Source: an uncultured Bacilli bacterium
GTDB taxonomy: Bacteria; Bacillota_I; Bacilli_A; RF39; UBA660
Assembly: GCA_947628145.1 (NCBI GenBank)
Contig: CANQYU010000002.1
Span: forward strand, 1-58,795
Direction: 5' to 3'
DNA: 58,795 nt
Below, piece after piece: positions 8,707-16,648 of the stretch (its first letter is position 1; the number at the start of each line of letters is the position of its first letter). The notes under the pieces are model-generated. The model had not been told where the DNA came from. It worked only from the letters and a program-made list of their open reading frames with translations, and searched no databases. Both the position numbers and the translations under genes were made by a program.

Positions 8707-8770
8707 AGTATTTCTCCTTTCTTTATTTTAAGTATTAAACTCTCAAATAAAGATATACTATAAATAAGCT

Positions 8771-8854
8771 AATAATAAGTACTTATTATTAATAAAGATG
8801 TATATCTTTATTAATAATAAGTACTTATTATTAATAAAGATGTATATCTTTATT
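8771..8854. repeat. Perfect tandem duplication of a 42-bp unit, each unit holding two palindromes
   Basis: AATAATAAGTACTTATTATTAATAAAGATGTATATCTTTATT occurs twice (8771-8812 and 8813-8854). It contains the palindrome AATAATAAGTACTTATTATT and the stem AATAAAGAT/ATCTTTATT. It sits between the TasA-like gene and the 919-aa gene. Confidence 0.9.
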
Positions 8855-8855
8855 T

Positions 8856-8874
8856 GGAAGTTTAATTAACTTCC
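8856..8874 (-). other. 7-bp stem-loop directly after the TasA-like stop codon
   Basis: GGAAGTT-TAATT-AACTTCC. There is no U-tract on the minus strand, so it is not a canonical terminator. Confidence 0.5.
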
Positions 8875-8888
8875 TTTTGTGAATAGCT

Positions 8889-9575
8889 TTATTCAGCAGT
8901 AGCAGGTGCTTGAGTAGCTGTTACAGTTACATTAAGAATATAATCTGTTCTGTTAGCGTTGGCAGATGCAATTCCTAAAGCAGTATCTGTTTTACCATCT
9001 TGGCCATCTTCATACGGCCATTCCCAAACTATAAATAATTTTTTTTCTTCTGCGCCAAAATTTTGTAATAAAGTATCCTCAGAAATTTTAGCTTCTTCAG
9101 CTAAAGTATAAGTATGGCCTGAACCACCAATTGTTTTTCCTTCAAATGACTCTGTTGGTGGCGTTTTAGTTCCTGAATCTTCTAAAATAAGGGTATATTT
9201 TAGAGGAACAGTTGATGCAGTTCCTGTTGCTTTTAAGGCTAATGAAATATTAGCTTTTACATCAGACTCATTTTTTAATGAAATAACTGCCCATCCTTTA
9301 GAACCAGGAGCAATAATTTCACTATCATTATCAGTATCACTTATAAGACTGTTATTTTTTTCATTTTGAGCATTTTTAAATATTTCAAAATCAAATGATG
9401 CTTCCTCCACAGTTCCTTCTGTTTCGTCTACAGTAAATTTCCATTTTGCTATTTTAGCTGTATCTGATGTACCTGTAAAAGTGCTTGTATATTTAGCATA
9501 TGTACCTGCAACTGAATAACCAGTAACTAATACAGCTGCTAATAATACAGCTAAAACGATTAATTTCTTTTTCAT
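8889..9575 (-). CDS. TasA/BsaA-like secreted matrix/fibre protein (major subunit candidate) with a SipW-type signal peptide
   Basis: The start is taken at the ATG preceded by AAAGGAGGTGAAACA; the upstream part of the ORF encodes that RBS. The sequence is MKKKLIVLAVLLAAVLVTGYSVAGTYAKYTSTF..., then IIAPGSKGWAVISLKN and ...FIVWEWPYEDG...DTALGI...YILNVTVTATQ. GC content looks locally higher than in the neighbours. Confidence 0.85.
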   Translation of the reverse strand: MKKKLIVLAVLLAAVLVTGYSVAGTYAKYTSTFTGTSDTAKIAKWKFTVDETEGTVEEASFDFEIFKNAQNEKNNSLISDTDNDSEIIAPGSKGWAVISLKNESDVKANISLALKATGTASTVPLKYTLILEDSGTKTPPTESFEGKTIGGSGHTYTLAEEAKISEDTLLQNFGAEEKKLFIVWEWPYEDGQDGKTDTALGIASANANRTDYILNVTVTATQAPATAE

Positions 9576-9688
9576 TGTTTCACCTCCTTTATATTTATAT
9601 TTTTGCATAAATTTTTAGTATAGGAATTTATGCTTATTCCTAATCTATGTAAACGTCATAAGACTGTTTACCTAATTTAATTTTAAGA

Positions 9689-10309
9689 CTATTTAGTCTT
9701 TTTTTCAATGGAAGAATTTGTCTCTTCTTCTTTCATACGTTTATATTCTAAATATTCTTGATGTTCTAAATCTCTTTGTTTTTTAGTAGAAATTGTAAAA
9801 CCAAGAATAAAGATAATTGTTATACCTAATAATAATATTATAATAGTTGTAGGTTCAGATAAACTTTTCATTAAAGAACCTATTCCTGGTATTCTTAAAA
9901 CATATATACCTTCAACATCTTCATATTCAACTAAGTTTTGGTCTTGAGTATTGTTATTATCTCCTTTAGTAATAAAATAATTAATGCCCTCATCTTCTAC
10001 AATATCAATTATTCTATGGGTAGTAACTGTTTCTTCACTATCTTTAAAAGCAATTATATCATTTACTTTTAAAGTTTCGGGTTTAACTATTTTAGTTATA
10101 ATTAAATCACCAGTGTAAATTTCTGTTTCCATAGAACCTGATAAAACAATAAATGGTTTATAACCAAAAATACTTGGTACTTTATCAGGATTATGATGGG
10201 ATTGATAAATTATATAAATATTAATTAATAATATGGGAATTAATATTATACATATTGCGATAATTAACCAATTACTAAATTTTTGATACCACTTTTTTTC
10301 TTTTTTCAT
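9689..10309 (-). CDS. sipW: Signal peptidase I, archaeal/ER (SipW) type, paralog 1
   Basis: 206 aa with an N-terminal TM, LSGSMETEI Ser box, THRII His box, KGDNNN box and a C-terminal TM. Its ATG overlaps the upstream stop as TAATG. Confidence 0.9.
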   Translation of the reverse strand: MKKEKKWYQKFSNWLIIAICIILIPILLINIYIIYQSHHNPDKVPSIFGYKPFIVLSGSMETEIYTGDLIITKIVKPETLKVNDIIAFKDSEETVTTHRIIDIVEDEGINYFITKGDNNNTQDQNLVEYEDVEGIYVLRIPGIGSLMKSLSEPTTIIILLLGITIIFILGFTISTKKQRDLEHQEYLEYKRMKEEETNSSIEKKTK

Positions 10310-12318
10310 TACTTCATACCTCTTTCATTTTTCTTTGTTAAAACTAACATTACCGGTTTATTTTCGTCGGGTAAATAATTTATTTGTTGTGGTTTTTCTT
10401 CAGGTTCAGAGTTTACTAAAGGTCTAGAATAACCACATGTCATACATATTTCTTCATTTTTATAAACCATAAAATTATGAGTTGTATTATATTTGATATT
10501 AACCCAGCCACAGTCTTTACAAGCATTGGTTACTGTCTCACAAATTTCAGCAGTACCTATAATTTCTCTATTATCTCTTAAGGTGTGAACGTGAGTTTGA
10601 ACTCTTTCATAAGCACAACCATCATTAGTACATTTATAAGTTATGGCGCCTTCTGCAGATAATAAAGTTTCAAGATTATGGGCACGATTTGTGGTTTTTC
10701 CACATTCACAACTTAAAGTTTCTTGTGTTTCATTATAACTCTGAACTTGCCAATTATGAGTGTGATATTCGGTTTTTTGATATCCACATTCTGGATGAAT
10801 ACATTTATAAGTCATTGAATAATCATCTGGATTTCTTGTACCACTATCTAAAGAATGAGGAATGGTTGTAGTTTCATTACAGCTACAAGCCCAATACTCA
10901 TAATTATCGTCATATTTCTCAAAAATATTAAATTTATGAACATGAGGTGGCTCAGTAGTTTTTTGATAGCCACATCCTGGATTAATACATTCATAAGTGG
11001 TAGAACCATCAGCATTAAGAGTTGATTTAAGATTATGAGAAGCTTTTTTGGTTATGCCACAAGAACATTCTAAATATTCATAATCAGCATCAAAATTTGT
11101 AATTACAAAACTATGCGTATGAGTTGGTTTTACTATTTTTTCATAATTGCAACCTTTATTCTCACAGCTATAAACTATAGAGCCATCGCTTCTCGGACTG
11201 CCGGGCGATAGTTTATGCATAACCTTATTTAACTGGCCACAACTGCAAGCCCAATATTCATAATTATCGTCATAATTTTGAAGCTTAGTATAATCATGGG
11301 TATGTTTTAGAGTATTTTTATAATCACACTCGGGGTTGGTACATTTATAAGTGATTGAGCCATCTTGGCCAACTATTTCTTCTAAATTATGAGGTATTTC
11401 GGTAGTTTTACCACATACACAAGCTTTAGTTTCGCCATTTTCATTATAAGACTTTAAAAGATTATAATTATGATTATGTTCTTTAGTTTCTATATAATTA
11501 AATTCTAAACATCTTCGTTCATCTTCATTAGTCTTAGGATTATATGTCCAATCAGTAAAAGTTAATTTTTTAGATTCTTCTAAAATAATTAATTCATTAC
11601 CACAATTTTCACAAACTTTAGTAGTAATAATTTTATAAGTTCCATTTTCATAATCAGGTATTTTATTACTAATTTCTTTATATAAATGTTCTCTTGTTTC
11701 GATTTCCTCACATACACATTGGCGAATTTCTTGAGCATTATTAAAGTTTTCCCATTCACCAAATTGATGGGTATGAGGACGCGTTTCAATGTAATCTAAT
11801 TCGTGACATTTTCGTTCGTCTTGTTTAGTCTCAGGATTATATGTCCAATCAGTAAAAGTTAACTCAATATTAGAAGACGAAACTAAAATTTCGTGATGAC
11901 AAGTAGAACAAACTTTTTTAATAATAGCTGTCAGAGTGTCGTCTTCATAACTAGGTAATTCCAAGATTTCTTCTTCATAATTATGAGTTCGCGTTTTTGT
12001 GGCACCACATGAACAGGTTTGAATTTCTTCTTTGTCATTTAAAGCTTCCCAAGCTCCATATTCATGGTTATGAGTTTCAGGTTCTAACGGCTGATTAACT
12101 TGAGGAGGCTCAGGTTTGACCTCGGGCTCTTTAGGTTTATTAGTGTCTTCAGGTTTACTAGGTTCTAAGGAAGGATTTAAATCGTCTTCATAAGAAATAC
12201 TAGGTTCGGTTGGTTCTTCCTCTTCTTTTTTAGAACATCCTCCCACGCCTAAAGTGATGGCTGTAGCTAAAAGAAAAGCAGCACCTCTTTTTAAAATATA
12301 TTTGGATTTTTTTTCCAT
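10309..12318 (-). CDS. Lipoprotein with a Pro/Glu-rich tether and about 8 His/Cys-rich repeat modules (putative metal-binding); first gene of the operon
   Basis: 669 aa. The signal peptide and lipobox are LATAITLGVGGC. Modules follow the pattern HxH-x(12-18)-CxC-x(7-9)-H-x(10-16)-Y.C-x(3-4)-C.Y. Two are about 99 aa and the others about 58 aa. Confidence 0.85.
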   Translation of the reverse strand: MEKKSKYILKRGAAFLLATAITLGVGGCSKKEEEEPTEPSISYEDDLNPSLEPSKPEDTNKPKEPEVKPEPPQVNQPLEPETHNHEYGAWEALNDKEEIQTCSCGATKTRTHNYEEEILELPSYEDDTLTAIIKKVCSTCHHEILVSSSNIELTFTDWTYNPETKQDERKCHELDYIETRPHTHQFGEWENFNNAQEIRQCVCEEIETREHLYKEISNKIPDYENGTYKIITTKVCENCGNELIILEESKKLTFTDWTYNPKTNEDERRCLEFNYIETKEHNHNYNLLKSYNENGETKACVCGKTTEIPHNLEEIVGQDGSITYKCTNPECDYKNTLKHTHDYTKLQNYDDNYEYWACSCGQLNKVMHKLSPGSPRSDGSIVYSCENKGCNYEKIVKPTHTHSFVITNFDADYEYLECSCGITKKASHNLKSTLNADGSTTYECINPGCGYQKTTEPPHVHKFNIFEKYDDNYEYWACSCNETTTIPHSLDSGTRNPDDYSMTYKCIHPECGYQKTEYHTHNWQVQSYNETQETLSCECGKTTNRAHNLETLLSAEGAITYKCTNDGCAYERVQTHVHTLRDNREIIGTAEICETVTNACKDCGWVNIKYNTTHNFMVYKNEEICMTCGYSRPLVNSEPEEKPQQINYLPDENKPVMLVLTKKNERGMK

Positions 12319-12357
12319 ATAATATAACCCCTTTCTTAGGCATTAAAAAGTAATTCT

Positions 12358-12385
12358 ATTATACATGAAATTGATTTTATGTCAA
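12358..12385 (-). promoter_or_regulatory. Sigma-A-type promoter of the lipoprotein-SipW-TasA-like operon
   Basis: The minus strand reads TTGACA-16 nt-TATAAT, about 40 nt upstream of the lipoprotein ATG. Confidence 0.6.
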
Positions 12386-12392
12386 ATTAAAT

Positions 12393-12740
12393 TTAAGTAT
12401 TTTTATTTATTTCATTTATTTTTTCGTTAATCCAAATATTTAAATTTTCTTTTAAAGGAAGAAAGCCATTAGTATCGCGTTCTTCCATACTTTTACCATC
12501 AACTTTATAATTAATATTTTTAATAGATAATTTTAAATGTTTAGTTTCTTCGTCGACATCAATTATTGAGGCATAGATTGTTTCGCCAATTTCACCATAA
12601 TCATTAACATTACGAACAAAGCTTTCTGATATTTCCGAAATATGAATTAAACCATCATAATCAGGAGATACTTTAACAAATATGCCATATTCTTTAAAGC
12701 CTGTGATAGTGCATTTTATAATATCACCTTTTTTATACAT
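12393..12740 (-). CDS. S1 RNA-binding domain protein (YugI/GSP13-like)
   Basis: 115 aa. GDIIKCTITGFKEYGIFVKV...YDGLIHISEIS..FV is a typical S1 fold signature. Confidence 0.8.
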   Translation of the reverse strand: MYKKGDIIKCTITGFKEYGIFVKVSPDYDGLIHISEISESFVRNVNDYGEIGETIYASIIDVDEETKHLKLSIKNINYKVDGKSMEERDTNGFLPLKENLNIWINEKINEINKNT

Positions 12741-12820
12741 AATATTTCACCAATTAAATTATAACATATTTAGCTTTACTTTAGTATTTTTTTAAATTAT
12801 AATGGTTTTGGTGACATTTT

Positions 12821-13045
12821 ATGGACAATAAAATTAAAGAATTAATTGATGATTTAAGGCCCCTTTTACAACAAGATGGTGGAGATATAGAGTTTATTAG
12901 ATATGAAGATAATTATGTCTTTATAAAACTTAAAGGAGCTTGTGCTAATTGTGGATTTCAAGATAATACTATAAGTTTTGGAATTGAAAATTATTTAAAA
13001 GAACAAATACCAGAAATTGAAGGAGTTATAAATGTTGATTTATAA
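12821..13045 (+). CDS. NifU C-terminal-domain (Nfu/YutI-like) Fe-S cluster protein
   Basis: 74 aa with LRPLLQQDGGDIEF and the CxxC motif in LKGACANCG. Confidence 0.85.
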   Translation: MDNKIKELIDDLRPLLQQDGGDIEFIRYEDNYVFIKLKGACANCGFQDNTISFGIENYLKEQIPEIEGVINVDL

Positions 13046-13969
13046 TTCCTTTTTTAAAAGCCATTCTATTCTTTCTATGGGCGCGTATTTACTTATTTCA
13101 TAGTAAGCTTTTTTTAAAAATATTTCATAATCATTAGCTTTTTCAATAATAGGAATTAATTTTTCTTCCTCTTCTTCTTTATTCATAATTTCCTCATATA
13201 AATCAAAATAATAAGTGGGATATAAAAGACGAGCATATAATAAAGATAAACTATAAATAGAAAAAGGTTGCTCTTTTAAAGCTTCTTTTAAATAACTTAA
13301 AGCATCTTCTTCGGCAAAGAAAGAACTTTTAATATACTCAGCAATATCGCGAACTTCATAATCAAAAATAAAACTTAAAGGATTTAAATAATTTAAATAA
13401 TAATTAGGATATTTAATCCGACGATGAGATAAGACTATTTTATCTAGAGATGTTTGTTTATATTTGTTTAAAGTATTTGTAACATAACTGATGGCATTTT
13501 CACCTAAACCAATATAATAACTAAAACTATCTAAAATAATATTTTTATCTTTACCTAATTCAGAGATTTGATACTCAAAATAATCAATTTTATCACTCCA
13601 AAGTTTAGCCCAAGAAATACGATATAAATTACTTTTATTAGGGGTTAAAACTAAACTACTACTTATTTTCATTAATTCAATTAAAGATATTTCATTAGTA
13701 TTATTAGGGATAGGTCTTAATAAACAATAATTAGTATTATAAACATTAGTTATAAGCTTACCAAAAATATTAGGGATAAATTCATGAACATTTATACCTC
13801 TAGTTCGTAGTTCTTCACATACACTTAAAATATCTTTTAATTCTTTTTCATTACGATTAAAAGGAACAAAATAATATTCAATGTTATTTAAAGTAAAAGT
13901 ATAAATATAATCCCATTTTTCTAAATCAGCAATATTTAAATTATAATAGTAATTTAAGCTCTCTTTCAT
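13040..13969 (-). CDS. CotS-family spore coat protein kinase-like (YutH-like)
   Basis: 309 aa. It resembles the ORF at 16623-17519 and the CotS/YutH family, and it is convergent with a yutI-like gene, as I recall for Bacillus. The assignment is by eye only. Confidence 0.55.
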   Translation of the reverse strand: MKESLNYYYNLNIADLEKWDYIYTFTLNNIEYYFVPFNRNEKELKDILSVCEELRTRGINVHEFIPNIFGKLITNVYNTNYCLLRPIPNNTNEISLIELMKISSSLVLTPNKSNLYRISWAKLWSDKIDYFEYQISELGKDKNIILDSFSYYIGLGENAISYVTNTLNKYKQTSLDKIVLSHRRIKYPNYYLNYLNPLSFIFDYEVRDIAEYIKSSFFAEEDALSYLKEALKEQPFSIYSLSLLYARLLYPTYYFDLYEEIMNKEEEEEKLIPIIEKANDYEIFLKKAYYEISKYAPIERIEWLLKKEL

Positions 13970-14014
13970 ATAATCACTACTAAAATATATGAAAAAACTA
14001 ATGGATATATCACA

Positions 14015-14887
14015 TTAGTTATTAGGATTAACAGGTTCAGTTGGCATTATATTATTTAAATCCATAATTCTTTTAGCATTATCATGAGCAATATTGGCAA
14101 CTTGTTCTTTAGCTTCAGCATTTGCTAAATGTTCACTAGCACTTGCCATTTTGGCGGCTATTTCTTGCTCTTTTATTTTTAAAGCTTGCTCCCTTTCATT
14201 AAGACTAGCTAATTCTTTTTGATATTTAGCTATAAGAGCATCAAACATATTTTCACAGGCCTTTAAGAATGTTTCTTTATCAGTTTGAAAATCTAAAGAA
14301 GGTGTTGCAGGTGTTATAACTGGCTCATTAACCGGAGTTACAGGCTCAACAACAGGGGCACTAGGAGTTGGAATATTAGGAATAATTGGAGTGGTTGGCG
14401 CAACATTTACAACTGGCTCATTTATAACAGGAATAGGATTAACAGGAGTTCCGGCAGCTTCCACATTAGGGCTACTTGCTTCAACGGGAGTAACAACCGG
14501 AATTTCAGGAGTTATAGTTTGAGCAACATCACTATTTTGAGGAGCAGGATTATACCGATTTTTAATGGCGTTAAAAGCATCCATATTAGGTAAAGATAAT
14601 TCTTTATAATAAGCTTCATCCGCGGTTTCAGTAGGATTTATATTAACATATTCAAAATTAGTACCATTTATAATTCCTTTTAAATAATTTTTAACTGATT
14701 GCCATTCATTATCATCAGTTATTTTTTCAAAATGGGTAGTTAATTTAGTTACATATATAATTGGTAAACCCATCGAACCAGTTTTTTCACTATCTAATAC
14801 AACATAAGTATTATTTTCAATTTTAAAAGCACTTAATAAATTTAAAGTATCAACACTTCCAGTTTTTTTAGTTATAGTTAATTTCAT
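14015..14887 (-). CDS. Hypothetical protein: small N-terminal domain, Pro/Val-rich low-complexity linker, C-terminal coiled coil
   Basis: The start is taken at the ATG after RBS GAGGGTG. The linker is PEIPVVTPVEASSPNVEAAGTPVNPIPVINEPVVNVAPTTPIIPNIPTPSAPVVEPVTPVNEPVITPATPS. Confidence 0.7.
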   Translation of the reverse strand: MKLTITKKTGSVDTLNLLSAFKIENNTYVVLDSEKTGSMGLPIIYVTKLTTHFEKITDDNEWQSVKNYLKGIINGTNFEYVNINPTETADEAYYKELSLPNMDAFNAIKNRYNPAPQNSDVAQTITPEIPVVTPVEASSPNVEAAGTPVNPIPVINEPVVNVAPTTPIIPNIPTPSAPVVEPVTPVNEPVITPATPSLDFQTDKETFLKACENMFDALIAKYQKELASLNEREQALKIKEQEIAAKMASASEHLANAEAKEQVANIAHDNAKRIMDLNNIMPTEPVNPNN

Positions 14888-14938
14888 TTTTAGCACCCTC
14901 TATTCTTTTTAATATTATAACAAATTAGGAAACGATAA

Positions 14939-15220
14939 TCAATCTTTTATTTTTTTTAACATAAACCATTTGCAGCCATATGCACAACAGTTTTCGATAT
15001 ATTCTTCAACTTTAGAAACATCATTGATTTCTTTAAAATTTTTATTACTTGGAGAATTAAAACCTTTAAGTCGCAACTTATTATAGGCAATATCTCCAAC
15101 AATATAATCAAAATCATCAAAGTAATCAGTTAATTTTTCTTCTAGTTCTTCTTTATTTAGGGCTTCTTTATAATTATTTACTATTTCATATTTTTGCCCT
15201 CTTATTTCTACTATTTCCAT
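14939..15220 (-). CDS. YutD-like protein (DUF1027 family)
   Basis: 93 aa. The pattern FDYIVGDIAYNKLRLKGF...CAYGCKWFMLKK matches my memory of B. subtilis YutD. Confidence 0.65.
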   Translation of the reverse strand: MEIVEIRGQKYEIVNNYKEALNKEELEEKLTDYFDDFDYIVGDIAYNKLRLKGFNSPSNKNFKEINDVSKVEEYIENCCAYGCKWFMLKKIKD

Positions 15221-15266
15221 AAACCCATATAATCAATTTATTAAATTGATTATTCCTTTCTTTATT

Positions 15267-16103
15267 TTATAAACTAAAAATGATTATTGCAAAAACACTA
15301 AAAGATGTTACAATGACACTCATTAAAAGTAAAATATCGACAAAACCATTTCCAGTAGTAATTTTTTTAGAGCCAAAGGTTTTAAAGTAATTTACTGAAT
15401 TTTGTAATAATTCATCACGATTCGGTGAACTTTCGTCAACTTCAAAATAATTATAAGCTTTTTCTTGAGCTTTGGCTATTTGTTCATTATTCATTTCCGT
15501 AATATTAGATAAGTTAACACCTATATATTTTAAAGCTTCTAAATTTAAATTCATATTAATGGTACTACCTAAATCTTTAGTGACTTCAAGCTCATTTAAT
15601 TTTGAATAATAATATTTTTCTATAAAACCAGGGTCATCATTTTTATAATAATTTTCAGAAATGCGATAGTAATCTTGGGTATGACTAGTATAAGCTAATT
15701 CTAAAAATTTTTCTTCTTCTTCATAATTTAAACCTAAACTCTTACGTTTTTCAAGAAACATATCCGTAAGAATTTTTAAAACATTTTTAAAATAAGGATT
15801 TTTTTGTTTTAGTGCTTCTTTACTATTAGTTACAGCAAATGTATAATAATTAAATAATTCGTCTTTAAATACAGCTATATCAGATTTACTTAAACCAAAT
15901 TTACCTAAATTAGTTAAAAAAGCTAGTTCATTATTTAAATAATAAGGATTTAATAAATCAGCTTCCCCATATATAAGAACAAGTATGCGAATAACAACAA
16001 CTAAAAAAGAGTTATATTTAATACTATTTGGCATATTTTTGCTAGCAATATAGTCTTTTATAGCTTGAGTAAAAGCTATATTAATAAAGTACTCTTCCCT
16101 CAT
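15267..16103 (-). CDS. Hypothetical protein with C-terminal transmembrane anchor
   Basis: 278-aa ORF with RBS AGGTGA and the C-terminal segment FVDILLLMSVIVTSFSVFAIIIF. No family was recognised. Confidence 0.65.
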   Translation of the reverse strand: MREEYFINIAFTQAIKDYIASKNMPNSIKYNSFLVVVIRILVLIYGEADLLNPYYLNNELAFLTNLGKFGLSKSDIAVFKDELFNYYTFAVTNSKEALKQKNPYFKNVLKILTDMFLEKRKSLGLNYEEEEKFLELAYTSHTQDYYRISENYYKNDDPGFIEKYYYSKLNELEVTKDLGSTINMNLNLEALKYIGVNLSNITEMNNEQIAKAQEKAYNYFEVDESSPNRDELLQNSVNYFKTFGSKKITTGNGFVDILLLMSVIVTSFSVFAIIIFSL

Positions 16104-16227
16104 TATTATTCACCTAATTTATTATATCATATTTATAGGGGTTGCTTCAATTATCAAATTATGTAAATAGCTTGACAAAAAATTAACAAAAAAAGATAAC
16201 TTTTTTAGTTTTCTAAATTTAATAAAT

Positions 16228-16300
16228 AAAAAGAGCACTCGACCAACGAGGGCTTTTAAAGCCTAAGAGAGTTTGGATAAAGGTCAAGTGCTCTTTTTTT
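16228..16300. terminator. Long imperfect hairpin flanked by an A-run and a T-run (bidirectional terminator or small structured RNA)
   Basis: AGAGCACTcGACC ... GGTCaAGTGCTCT with the nested palindrome GGCTTTtAAAGCC. The flanks are AAAAA on the 5' side and TTTTTTT on the 3' side. Confidence 0.4.
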
Positions 16301-16459
16301 ATACAGAAATATCTCTGTACACTTTAATTTTATATTTACTCTCAGTAATAGTCAATAAATTTTAAGAGCAAAAACGTTCATTTGGCATTTTATTTGTAAT
16401 TTTAAGAAAAGATATGGCCAATAGTTTCTTTAAAACATAAAATATACTAGGTGGTAGGT

Positions 16460-16648
16460 ATGTATCCAAATAAGAATTTTGGAGGAGGTTTTTTTACGAT
16501 AATAGCTATTTTTTGTTTAGCTATTTTAATATTTTATCAAATTATTATTACATTAATTTTACCTTTAAGATTTAATATTTTTATTTTACTTATAGAATCT
16601 TTTTTATTATTTTATCTATTATTTAGGATTGTTTATCCCCGGAGGTAA
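16460..16648 (+). CDS. Possible small hydrophobic membrane protein
   Basis: An ATG follows the RBS-like AGGTGGTAGGT. The product is 62 aa, almost entirely hydrophobic, and overlaps the 3' end of the convergent gene by 26 nt. Confidence 0.3.
   Translation: MYPNKNFGGGFFTIIAIFCLAILIFYQIIITLILPLRFNIFILLIESFLLFYLLFRIVYPRR

Noticed and set aside
8771-8854. Possible CRISPR array
   Set aside because: There are only two directly abutting copies with no spacers, the sequence is extremely AT-rich, and no cas genes are in the window. It is a simple tandem duplication.
9576-9608. N-terminal extension of the TasA-like ORF (MQKYKYKGGET). Similar 5' extensions occur on the ORFs at 14896, 23404, 26349, 26531, 28923, 33143, 34330, 37880, 42821, 44683, 47131, 52305 and 53266.
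   Set aside because: In each case a downstream ATG/TTG is preceded by a strong Shine-Dalgarno at 5-9 nt. The extension either encodes that RBS or adds residues that are not conserved.
2845-12318. Type IV pilus, competence pseudopilus or sortase pilus interpretation of the secreted-protein operon
   Set aside because: There are no prepilin motifs (G/FTLxE), no PilD/PilB/PilC-like genes and no LPxTG sorting signals or sortase. The peptidases have the Ser-His SipW-type boxes, and the substrates carry the T-Y-A-x-Y type motif instead.
16228-16300. Riboswitch, SRP RNA or 6S RNA
   Set aside because: None of the conserved cores I know is present, including the SRP domain IV GNRA/AGCA motifs and the preQ1, SAM and T-box signatures. 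There is also no downstream co-oriented gene at an appropriate distance.
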